Assembly (NCBI GenBank): GCA_963786955.1
Contig: CAWBAT010000005.1
Location: 1,399,759-1,463,758 of the forward strand
DNA: 64,000 bases
Reading direction: 5' to 3'
From: an uncultured Acidimicrobiia bacterium
Lineage (GTDB): Bacteria > Acidobacteriota > Terriglobia > Versatilivoradales > Versatilivoraceae
Shown here: one piece after another, positions 8,778 through 16,665 of the stretch
Layout of the letters: every line of letters begins with the position of its first letter
How positions within the stretch are numbered: position 1 is the first letter of the stretch
Notes under the pieces: model-generated
Databases searched by the model: none
The model's input: the letters and a program-made list of their open reading frames with translations, nothing else
What the model was told of the DNA's origin: nothing
Made by a program: the position numbers and the translations under genes

Positions 8778-9692
8778 TTGCATCCAATCCGAAGTATTAA
8801 ATGGAAAATGAATGATGAACTGGGTATGAGAAGATTCGGATTAATCCTATTGGTCCTTTTGGGCGCCTCGGTCTGTGCTTTTCCTGTGAGTGAGCTGAAG
8901 GTCCAAGCCGAGGGACCCTTAAGCGGACCGGAATACATTCGCAAGATCGCGGAGAACGTCAAAAAGAACCGCATCCTGGAGATGTCCTACACATTCGAAG
9001 TGACTCATCAGAAACAGACTTTAGGAAGAAATGCGGAGGTCCAGGACAACGAGACTCGAACTTATGAGATCACGCCTTTGGAGGATGACTATTACCGAAA
9101 GCTCATCAAGAAAGATGGGAAACCACTCTCGGAACAAGAGACGCGAAGTGAAGAAAAGAAGCTGCAACAGAGCTTGAAACGGCAAACCAATCTCTCCCTA
9201 TCGGAACGAAATAAGCTTGAGAAGAAGAAAAAGGAACGCCGCCGCAAGGAAGAGCAATTCTGGAATGAAGTGGTTAAGGCCTTCGATTTCACTGAAATCG
9301 GCGGAGAAACGGTGGAAGGACGCTCCGCCCGAGTCTTTAAAGCAATCCCTCGCGCGCAATACGTTCCAGAGGACAGCGATTTTGAACTACTCAAGAAAAT
9401 CAAAGGGACGATCTGGGTCGATGTAGCGGATGACCAGGTCTTACGGGCGGATGTGGAGTTTATTGAAGACATTCGCTTGGTCGGAGGGTTTTTGGCGAAA
9501 GTCAACAAAGGTGGGACATTCACGGTACTGCAGAAGAAGGTGAACGACGAAGTTTGGTTCCCTTCTCACAGTGAAATCGTTGTGAATGGCCGCTTGCTTC
9601 TGTTTAAAGGGTTCAATCTCAAAATACTCAGCGACTTCGGGAATTACAGAAAATTTGAGACCTCAGTCAATTTTGTTCCTGCCTCTGAATAA
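8778..9692 (+). CDS. Hypothetical secreted protein with central Lys/Arg/Glu-rich coiled segment
   Basis: Signal-like MRRFGLILLVLLGASVCAFPV and the charged run EKKKKERRRKEEQ. Good coding appearance but no family recognised. Confidence 0.45.
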   Translation: MHPIRSIKWKMNDELGMRRFGLILLVLLGASVCAFPVSELKVQAEGPLSGPEYIRKIAENVKKNRILEMSYTFEVTHQKQTLGRNAEVQDNETRTYEITPLEDDYYRKLIKKDGKPLSEQETRSEEKKLQQSLKRQTNLSLSERNKLEKKKKERRRKEEQFWNEVVKAFDFTEIGGETVEGRSARVFKAIPRAQYVPEDSDFELLKKIKGTIWVDVADDQVLRADVEFIEDIRLVGGFLAKVNKGGTFTVLQKKVNDEVWFPSHSEIVVNGRLLLFKGFNLKILSDFGNYRKFETSVNFVPASE

Positions 9693-9730
9693 GACCTACA
9701 GATTCACCGTACCTGGTTCGGCGATTTTGG

Positions 9731-9932
9731 AGTGCGGCAGCTCGCTGCCGCTTTCGGTTCCGGCTCTGCCACGAGCGGCAGCTCGCTGCCGCACTGGGCA
9801 CCTGTTCTACGCCCATGCTGCGGTCACTGTCAATCTTGAGGTCCAGCAATGAACGGTTCGGGCCGCTCATCTGCTTCGACTACGTCGCCGGCAAGCTGGC
9901 GAGCTTGCAAAGTGGGAGCAAGCTCCCGCACT
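9731..9932. repeat. Cluster of four REP-like palindromes
   Basis: agtgcggcagctcgctgccgc (9731-9751), gagcggcagctcgctgccgcact (9773-9795), gcaagctggcgagcttgc (~9890-9907) and agtgggagcaagctcccgcact (9911-9932). Confidence 0.65.
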
Positions 9933-10168
9933 CCCAAAGAACTGCCCAGCACTACCAACTCACTGGGGCAGCAAGGTACGAGGGTCGTTGGTGACATTGT
10001 AGATCGCCGCGGCAGACTATTTATGGATTTCTATCTCGCACCGGATTTCCATTAAACAATACAGATTCTGGACTATAATTCCCTTGCCCGAGGGGGCACT
10101 CAGGACCCAATTCATGGGCATCTTTTGCGGTTTCGTCTGAAGCTGATTCCTCGACATTTCAAAGGTCA

Positions 10169-12256
10169 ATGGTTCGCTTTGGCTCACGACTAATTCATTC
10201 CTGGAATAGACTGGCCCGCTCTGAAAAGCTATTTGCTTTACTGGCACTTCTGACGGGAATCAATTGGATTGTGCAACGAATCAGTTCTTCGGCCCTTCCT
10301 TTTGCGGGATTTATTGACTACGCCTTTGCCATCCTGGCTGTTGCCCTCCTCGTCAAGTACTTCCTCCGTCTAATGCGTCGGTTTGTCTGGCGAATTAGAA
10401 ACCGACTCATTGTTGCCTACATCTTTATTGGTGTCGTTCCGGTACTGCTGGTCTTTGCCATGCTGGCTATTGGGCTCTATGTCTTAATGGGCCAGGTAAC
10501 AACATATCTGCTGACCCGCGAATTACAACACCGGAACGAAATCGTACGGGATTGCGCTTCTATATTGGGCTGGCAAACGGCGGAGCATTACAAAGGAGAA
10601 GATGTGGAACGGGTGGCTACTCAGACCCTGCTCCATTTGCAACATCGTGTTCCTACCCTTCAAGCAATCGTCAGGATCGATAAAGCTACTTTTAACCTTC
10701 CGGGAAACACTGTCCGGGAGAACTACCCTTACTGGAGCCGACCAGGGTTTGTGGGCTTGGTGAGAGTCGGTCCAGATTATTTTCTAGCAGCTTATACCGA
10801 AGCGAGAATCCAAAACCACACCATCGAAGTCTTTGCTTTCGAACCGGTCGGTTCGGATTTGCTGTCTAGCCTTCTCCCGGAATTGGCCACAGTGAACCTG
10901 CTCGAATTGGAAAAACTCCCCGAGGAAAAATCGGAAGGACAAAAGAGCTCTGAGCGCCCCTCTGAAAACAGCGAGGCGGGCTCCGCCGGCAAGGGGTCGA
11001 GTTACACCATACGTTTGAACCAGCAGCGAATCTCGCCTTCTCTTGAAGCCTCCATAAAGACACTTCCGGCTGCGAAAGGTTGGTGGGATAGGGAGGTTCG
11101 CTGGGGAACGCTGGCGTCCTATAGTCTCTGGGACAATAGGCAGCAAGAGACCGAAAAGGTTGTCTTTCGCGTTGACTCACGTCCGTCCTTGATCGGCCGG
11201 AAACTGTTCAGCGTGCTCGGTCCGCTTAGCAGCGCCGTCTTCTTCATGCTTTACATTATCGGCGGACTGCTTCTGGTAGCCGAAATCCTTTCGTTGAGTC
11301 TAGGTGTCAGCCTGACGAAGACCATCACACGTTCAGTGGCTGATCTCTACGAAGGGACTTTGCGAATTAACTCCGGGAACTTTTCTCACCGCATCCCCCT
11401 TCGATCAAAGGATCAACTTAGTGAGTTGGCATCTTCCTTCAACCGCATGACCGACAGTGTCCAGAAGCTCATCGTGGAATCGAAGGAGAAAGAACGTCTC
11501 GAATCGGAGCTTGAAATCGCTCGTGAGGTGCAATCTCAGCTCTTTCCCCGGGAAATCCCGCAACTGCAGACCTTGGAACTCGCCGGCTCCTGCCTGCCAG
11601 CCCGGATGGTGAGCGGAGACTACTATGACTTCATGAGAATGGATCCGAATTGGACGGCCTTGGCTATTGGAGACGTTGCGGGAAAGGGCATTTCGGCAGC
11701 CCTTCTGATGGCCAGCATTCAATCGTCGCTTCGTGCTCAGCTGAATGCTCGAGCACTTCCCAGCGGACCCGGCGATGCAGACGGTCTTCCCCTCCTGATT
11801 TCTGAAATGACAACCCGGCTTAATCAGCAATTGTACGAAATTACTTCTGCCGAGAAGTACGCCACTTTTTTTTGCGCGCTGGTAAATGATTGCAGTGGCC
11901 AGCTATTTTATACCAATGCCGGACACCTTCCCCCTCTGCTTATTCGGAACCAGCAGGCTCATAAACTGGACATTCATGGAATGGTGTTGGGTGCCTTCCC
12001 CAATCAGACTTATGGTCACGGATCTGTTGAGCTTCAACCAGGAGATCTCTTAGTCGCCTATACAGACGGGATTACAGAGCCTGAAAACGAATATGGTGAG
12101 GAGTTTGGTGAAAAACGATTAGCGGAACTACTCGTTCAGAATGCCGACCAGCCCTTTGCCGAGTTGACCCGCCTCATCGCGGCAGCGGTTAGGGAATGGA
12201 GCGCTACGCCGGAACAGCAGGATGATATGACCCTACTTATGTTAAGGCGGATCTAA
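10169..12256 (+). CDS. Membrane-bound HAMP-domain PP2C/SpoIIE-family serine phosphatase (RsbU-like)
   Basis: N-terminal TM helices, a large periplasmic/sensor region, a second TM plus HAMP, then SpoIIE motifs GDYYDF, GDVAGKGISAALLM, YTNAGHLPP and YTDGITE. Confidence 0.85.
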   Translation: MVRFGSRLIHSWNRLARSEKLFALLALLTGINWIVQRISSSALPFAGFIDYAFAILAVALLVKYFLRLMRRFVWRIRNRLIVAYIFIGVVPVLLVFAMLAIGLYVLMGQVTTYLLTRELQHRNEIVRDCASILGWQTAEHYKGEDVERVATQTLLHLQHRVPTLQAIVRIDKATFNLPGNTVRENYPYWSRPGFVGLVRVGPDYFLAAYTEARIQNHTIEVFAFEPVGSDLLSSLLPELATVNLLELEKLPEEKSEGQKSSERPSENSEAGSAGKGSSYTIRLNQQRISPSLEASIKTLPAAKGWWDREVRWGTLASYSLWDNRQQETEKVVFRVDSRPSLIGRKLFSVLGPLSSAVFFMLYIIGGLLLVAEILSLSLGVSLTKTITRSVADLYEGTLRINSGNFSHRIPLRSKDQLSELASSFNRMTDSVQKLIVESKEKERLESELEIAREVQSQLFPREIPQLQTLELAGSCLPARMVSGDYYDFMRMDPNWTALAIGDVAGKGISAALLMASIQSSLRAQLNARALPSGPGDADGLPLLISEMTTRLNQQLYEITSAEKYATFFCALVNDCSGQLFYTNAGHLPPLLIRNQQAHKLDIHGMVLGAFPNQTYGHGSVELQPGDLLVAYTDGITEPENEYGEEFGEKRLAELLVQNADQPFAELTRLIAAAVREWSATPEQQDDMTLLMLRRI

Positions 12257-12336
12257 CCGCTTCCGATGAGACCATCCACGCGGAGAGATTCCCTACACTT
12301 CAAGACGCTCACCCGATTCGTGTCCATTTAGGAATT
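12197..12336 (+). repeat. 140-bp direct repeat DR1 (3' end of the SpoIIE gene plus downstream sequence)
   Basis: tggagc...gatatgaccc...ggatctaaccgcttccgatgagaccatccacgcggagagattccctacacttcaagacgctcacccgattcgtg..ggaatt aligns at about 75% identity with 13192-13331. Confidence 0.75.
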
Positions 12337-12382
12337 CGGACCTACCACCCGCCTTAAGAAAGTTTATGGGTCTCAAAATCAA

Positions 12383-12420
12383 TTAACACAATCTTCATTT
12401 GATGAAAATGCGCCTTTCAT
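12383..12420 (+). promoter_or_regulatory. Pho-box-like phased half-sites TTAACAC-N4-TTCAT-N17-TTCAT upstream of receiver 1
   Basis: Half-sites at 12383, 12394 and 12416 (11-bp phasing). The identical architecture occurs at 44379-44416 upstream of the paralogue. Confidence 0.4.
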
Positions 12421-12502
12421 AAAGGTCTATTAGACTGCCTAGCAATGGTCGGATGTTGGAGGATTTGTAAGCAATTTGTTCCTAATTAAGGAGGGGGTTA
12501 AA

Positions 12503-12952
12503 ATGATTCCCAGTCAATTGCACTTTAGCTCTAGTTCAACCGGTTTAAGAACGGGCAGATCGCTCAAGCATATTCTCCTCGTGGGCATTGAGGAAGAACA
12601 CCGTTTGCTGCTGGCTGCACTCCTCCAAGCGGAGGGTCATCTAGTTTCGGTCAGTTGCACAGACAAAGAAGCCCTTCGACTTCTTCAGCGCGGAAATATT
12701 GACTTCGTAATCGTCGATCATTTTGCACCCGAACTCGATGGGCTGTCGCTTCTGGAGGAAATCAAAAGCCTAAATTCCGACATTCCAGTTCTCATCCTCT
12801 CTTCTCAATACGAGATGGAGCATTACATGACAGCGATGAATCTGGGAGCACTGGACTACTTCAGCAAACCAGTAGATTACTCGAGCGTGCAGCGAATTGT
12901 GAATACTCATGTGGCATTTGGGCGGAATCAACAGATGAAGTTCATGCAATAA
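12503..12952 (+). CDS. Stand-alone CheY-like receiver domain protein (paralogue 1)
   Basis: Receiver fold residues: acidic EEE after beta1, acceptor Asp in FVIVDHFAPELDG, Ser in VLILSS, Lys in FSKP. ATG 12503 is preceded by AAGGAGGGGG. About 55-60% identical to 44578-45048. Confidence 0.75.
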   Translation: MIPSQLHFSSSSTGLRTGRSLKHILLVGIEEEHRLLLAALLQAEGHLVSVSCTDKEALRLLQRGNIDFVIVDHFAPELDGLSLLEEIKSLNSDIPVLILSSQYEMEHYMTAMNLGALDYFSKPVDYSSVQRIVNTHVAFGRNQQMKFMQ

Positions 12953-13191
12953 ATCTCGAGAAAAGTCATCGTTCAAAACTCTTTTTCAAACGCTTGAGAC
13001 GAGGGCGCAGTCTGCTTGGTTGGGGGGCATCCCTTCAGGGATATGCGGAGTGGCATCCTTCTCGTTCACTATTTGAACGCATTACCTATTCGGTCACGCC
13101 AACTTTGATTGAGCTTGTATAGGCCGCAGACGCCATGAATTCTTTAAAGATCTCACTTCGATTTCAACAGTAGATCGCCGTCCTTGGATAT

Positions 13192-13331
13192 TGGAGCAAG
13201 AAGCTGAAACCGCAGCTCGATATGATCCTGCACATGCCGAGGTGGATCTAACGGCTTCAAGTGAGACCATCCACGCGCGGAGACTTCCTACGTTTCAGGA
13301 CGCTCAGCCGGCTCGTGATCCTTCAGGAATT
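13192..13331 (+). repeat. 140-bp direct repeat DR2 (decayed copy of the SpoIIE 3' end overlapping the real 3' end of the - strand gene 13288-13761)
   Basis: See DR1. DR1 reciprocally carries a decayed copy of the last 15 codons of the minus-strand gene (EFLNGHESGERLEV* versus KFLKDHEPAERPET*). Confidence 0.75.
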
Positions 13332-13761
13332 TATCGTTCAAAGAGTCTAAGATGCGAAAAGTGCGGAGAAAATAATCATCAATTTTTTCCAAATCCTTCT
13401 TGCGCCCGAGCGCTGGCTTTAATCCAAGCTTCTTCCCGGACTTTTGGAGATTACTCAACTCATCTGTCAGTCTCGCTTTCTTGAATTTCTTTTTCTCTGT
13501 GCCAGAAATATTTTCCTTCAAAGCCAGAATCTGCCTTTGAATCTCTTCGACAATTTTACTGTTATTGTCTGCCATCGCAGAAAGTATTTGGAGATGAAAA
13601 TTCTTGCAAGTCAGCAGTCCTTCCGAAAGATTGTCCAATTTTTCGAGCAGAGTCTTCTTCTTACCTCCTTTAGTGCTCTTTGTTCCATCCCCGGCAGATT
13701 CTTTCCCGGAATTAGGCTCAGGAAGGTTCGCTACTTTTGAATCCTTGTCTTTTTTCTTCAT
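13288..13761 (-). CDS. Hypothetical Lys-rich, predicted helical protein
   Basis: 157-aa ORF with a KKKDKDSK...GGKKK N-terminus and heptad-like central region. No family recognised. Confidence 0.45.
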   Translation of the reverse strand: MKKKDKDSKVANLPEPNSGKESAGDGTKSTKGGKKKTLLEKLDNLSEGLLTCKNFHLQILSAMADNNSKIVEEIQRQILALKENISGTEKKKFKKARLTDELSNLQKSGKKLGLKPALGRKKDLEKIDDYFLRTFRILDSLNDKFLKDHEPAERPET

Positions 13762-14235
13762 GGTTAGAGCCTCCGTACCTAGATTGGATTTTCATCAAAC
13801 TCACAATGTTGTGAGCGTTACACAAAGACGTGCAAGGCGCCAACGCGAGCTTCGTATTTAGCTGACAAAATCAGGCAGGCGAAGAATCAAACAGATCTCG
13901 TTCTGACTGATGAGGGTCAAGCTCGTGCCATCAGACCCGACCCAAGTGAACGCTTAAAGTCCAGCTAGAAGAATGCAGGGTCAAGCGACCCCTGGATCCA
14001 AATTCTTTTCGTCGACTTAAGCGGGCGGAGGAGTGAGTCGCCTTCCCTCTATCCAGAAAAGACCAACCTTATCCAAGAGCTATAACATTTGTATTACGCC
14101 CGCGTAACAACCCCGTGAAATCGGCACTGGTTGCTACTGTAGTGGTTTATTTACCAATTTGGAAAGTATAACAGAACACCTCAAACTTTGTGGGAAAGAA
14201 TATGTGCTTCTCTAATCACAGCACACAGGCAGGAA

Positions 14236-16575
14236 TCATAGGATTACCTTCACTCGAGACACATTTAAAGGGACTCTGAGGGTATTTGATGAAAGAGATA
14301 TAGCCTGATCATCAAAGAAGACCTTAGAAGGACTAAACGGTAGGCGCCAAATAATCGACTCAGGAGGAAACAGGCAAAACTCATTGGAGAGTTCCAGCCA
14401 GATTTCTTTCTTGTCAACAGACAAAATGAAATTGATTTTTCCAAAAGGACTCGGGGCGTTGCAGACGGAAAAAATAGTGCCAGCTTGCAAATGCTCTTTC
14501 TGGAGCAAGGGGGTGATTAAAAGAGAACCCTGTTTCTCGACAAAGAGCAAATTCATGAGCAACAGGATCCATTCGGCGGCGGCCCAGCCGTGATGGCCTT
14601 CTCCCATACAACCACCTCCGGTTGTCGGGTGGATTGCTTCTGGCCAGGTGTAAGTAGGAGTGGCACATTTTAACAAGTATCGAACCACATCCCAGGCTTT
14701 GGGGTTACCGCAGGCGAGGTAGCATTGAGCCAACTGAGCGGAAAGATAACAATTCACGCCAGAATGAAAATGATTCTGAATGAACCCTTGCCCGATTAGA
14801 TAACGGTCTTCTATCAGGCGGATTGTATTTTGAACTCTGGGGTGGCGAGGGTCTATTAATTTCAATGGGTAGACAGAACAAAGAGAACCTATGGCACCCG
14901 AATCGATTCGACGGCCAGGTGCTGCCGGCAGAAATGGAACTTCAGAGCTTTGGTCAGATTGCCCCCAAGTCCTTTCGATATCCTTCCAGTAGGCATGGGC
15001 ATAAGACGTGAGAGCCTGTTCATCCTCTTTCTTGCCCAGCGTTTGAGCAGCAAAGGCAACGGCTTTTAATCCCGCCAAGCACCAAAAATTATCCCAATAA
15101 TAATAATCGCTGGGGCCCAAGTGTTCGGCTGAAAATCCCCGAGGCAGCAGGCCAGCATGTCCGTTGGGTGACTTTGTGGCTTTGTGACGCTTTCGCTCAA
15201 TCCAATGGGCAGCTCGCAAGAGCGAAGGATAGAGCTGTGCTAACAGTTCACGATCACCCGTCAATCGGAAGTGCTCAACCACCACCCAAATCGTTGATCC
15301 GTTGGCATCCCACTCACCTTCCTGGAAATTGAAGAACCCATCCTTCGACTGACGAGTTGGAAAGTGGAGTAACTTTTCCCTGGCCTGAGAGTGAAATCCT
15401 AGCTTATCCAAGGCATGGATCATAAAGGCAGAGTCTCGAATCCAGCAGTCGTCATAGGTCAAGGCACCAGGGGTCATGACTTGGCCGCGATCAAAGATCT
15501 GGAGATACATGCGATTGGCCATAAAGGAACGAGTGAGATTTTGGTCGGGGAACCCGACTTCAGCTCCTGCAGAGAGATGGTCGTGCCATCTGTCGCGAAA
15601 CTGGCGGCGTACAGCCTGGTAGTTGAAGCCTTCCAATACAGACGATGGCGACAGAGAAGGGACGTCTGAAGTCATGGTTAACAGGGCCAGGTACTCCTTT
15701 TGTGCTTGAGGTTCCAGCGATATCGTATATTCGACTAACCCTGTAGCCATACCCATTTCGCAGGAAATTTTCGGACGGGTCTGCTTGGAAGTCCTGATCA
15801 AAGAGACGTCACCCTCCTCATAGTTGGAACAATAGACACGATCTGGGGCTTCCTCGAGTATCATTGCCATGTGACCATTCACGAGGCAAAGACGATCCTC
15901 TTTGAACTCCAAGTGCCGGATCAGGCTGATTCCTTCGGGATTGTAAGGCCTGAGAGAAAAATAAAACTTCAGTGGCTTGCGATGAGTTCCCCGGTTGACC
16001 AGGCGAACACGGACCAGCAGATAGTGTTTATCCCTGACTTTAGTGACGAACACGCAAGTCTTAACGGCGATCTTCTCTACTTCGAAATGAGTCTTAACTT
16101 GCGGGTACTGAGGATGGATACGTTGTTTGACCGATGGTAATCTGGCCGGAGTGTAAAGATGCCCTTTCAATTCAATCCAATAGTCGAGAGACCATCCGTC
16201 CTTCCAGGGAGTGATCAAAGATCGAGGATCTACGATCGCACGATGGGAGTTTCCGAGGGCCCCGATGATGGTCCAATTGCGATGGGTGAGATTGATTTGA
16301 GGTAGACCGTGTCCTCTTGGAATGTAGCTCTTGCCATTGGGGTTGAATTGTCGCTCGATCCAGTAAGGCCAAACCCAATCCAAGTTTCCTTGCACAGCGA
16401 CGGTATTCAAGAAACCTCTCACATGCATCTTTATCCCTAGCGTAACAAGCTCTTTTGGGATGTGACGGTCTCCCATCGTGCTGAGCCTGGCCACAGCATC
16501 CACTATCTCGAGACTTTCGGACTGATCGAATAGCCTGACTGACTGCCGAAGCAGGTCCAAGAAGCTCAGCATCAT
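14236..16575 (-). CDS. Six-hairpin (alpha/alpha)6 glycoside hydrolase, GH15/GH63/GH100/GDE_C-like
   Basis: 779-aa intact ORF. Motifs are typical of six-hairpin glycosidases: DCWIRDSAFMIHAL, GEWDANGSTIW, YYYWDNFW and GHHGWAAAEW. The family within the clan is not resolved by eye. Confidence 0.65.
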   Translation of the reverse strand: MMLSFLDLLRQSVRLFDQSESLEIVDAVARLSTMGDRHIPKELVTLGIKMHVRGFLNTVAVQGNLDWVWPYWIERQFNPNGKSYIPRGHGLPQINLTHRNWTIIGALGNSHRAIVDPRSLITPWKDGWSLDYWIELKGHLYTPARLPSVKQRIHPQYPQVKTHFEVEKIAVKTCVFVTKVRDKHYLLVRVRLVNRGTHRKPLKFYFSLRPYNPEGISLIRHLEFKEDRLCLVNGHMAMILEEAPDRVYCSNYEEGDVSLIRTSKQTRPKISCEMGMATGLVEYTISLEPQAQKEYLALLTMTSDVPSLSPSSVLEGFNYQAVRRQFRDRWHDHLSAGAEVGFPDQNLTRSFMANRMYLQIFDRGQVMTPGALTYDDCWIRDSAFMIHALDKLGFHSQAREKLLHFPTRQSKDGFFNFQEGEWDANGSTIWVVVEHFRLTGDRELLAQLYPSLLRAAHWIERKRHKATKSPNGHAGLLPRGFSAEHLGPSDYYYWDNFWCLAGLKAVAFAAQTLGKKEDEQALTSYAHAYWKDIERTWGQSDQSSEVPFLPAAPGRRIDSGAIGSLCSVYPLKLIDPRHPRVQNTIRLIEDRYLIGQGFIQNHFHSGVNCYLSAQLAQCYLACGNPKAWDVVRYLLKCATPTYTWPEAIHPTTGGGCMGEGHHGWAAAEWILLLMNLLFVEKQGSLLITPLLQKEHLQAGTIFSVCNAPSPFGKINFILSVDKKEIWLELSNEFCLFPPESIIWRLPFSPSKVFFDDQAISLSSNTLRVPLNVSRVKVIL

Positions 16576-16665
16576 GCTAGATTTGGGTACAGGCTTTATT
16601 GAGTTGCACCTCTTGAACGGGATGTATTCGACCCCGTTATGTGTGTTGCAATTAGGGTTCGAATG

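Noticed and set aside
9731-9932. Repeated 21-24-nt units that at first glance resemble a mini CRISPR array
   Set aside because: The units are themselves perfect palindromes of differing sequence with irregular spacing (21-115 nt), and no cas genes are present. This is typical REP behaviour.
13903-13938. CTGATGAG (13907-13914), the hammerhead ribozyme core motif
   Set aside because: It is simply the 5' arm of a CTGATG...CATCAG hairpin. There is no GAAA/CGAAAC core and no three-stem arrangement around it.
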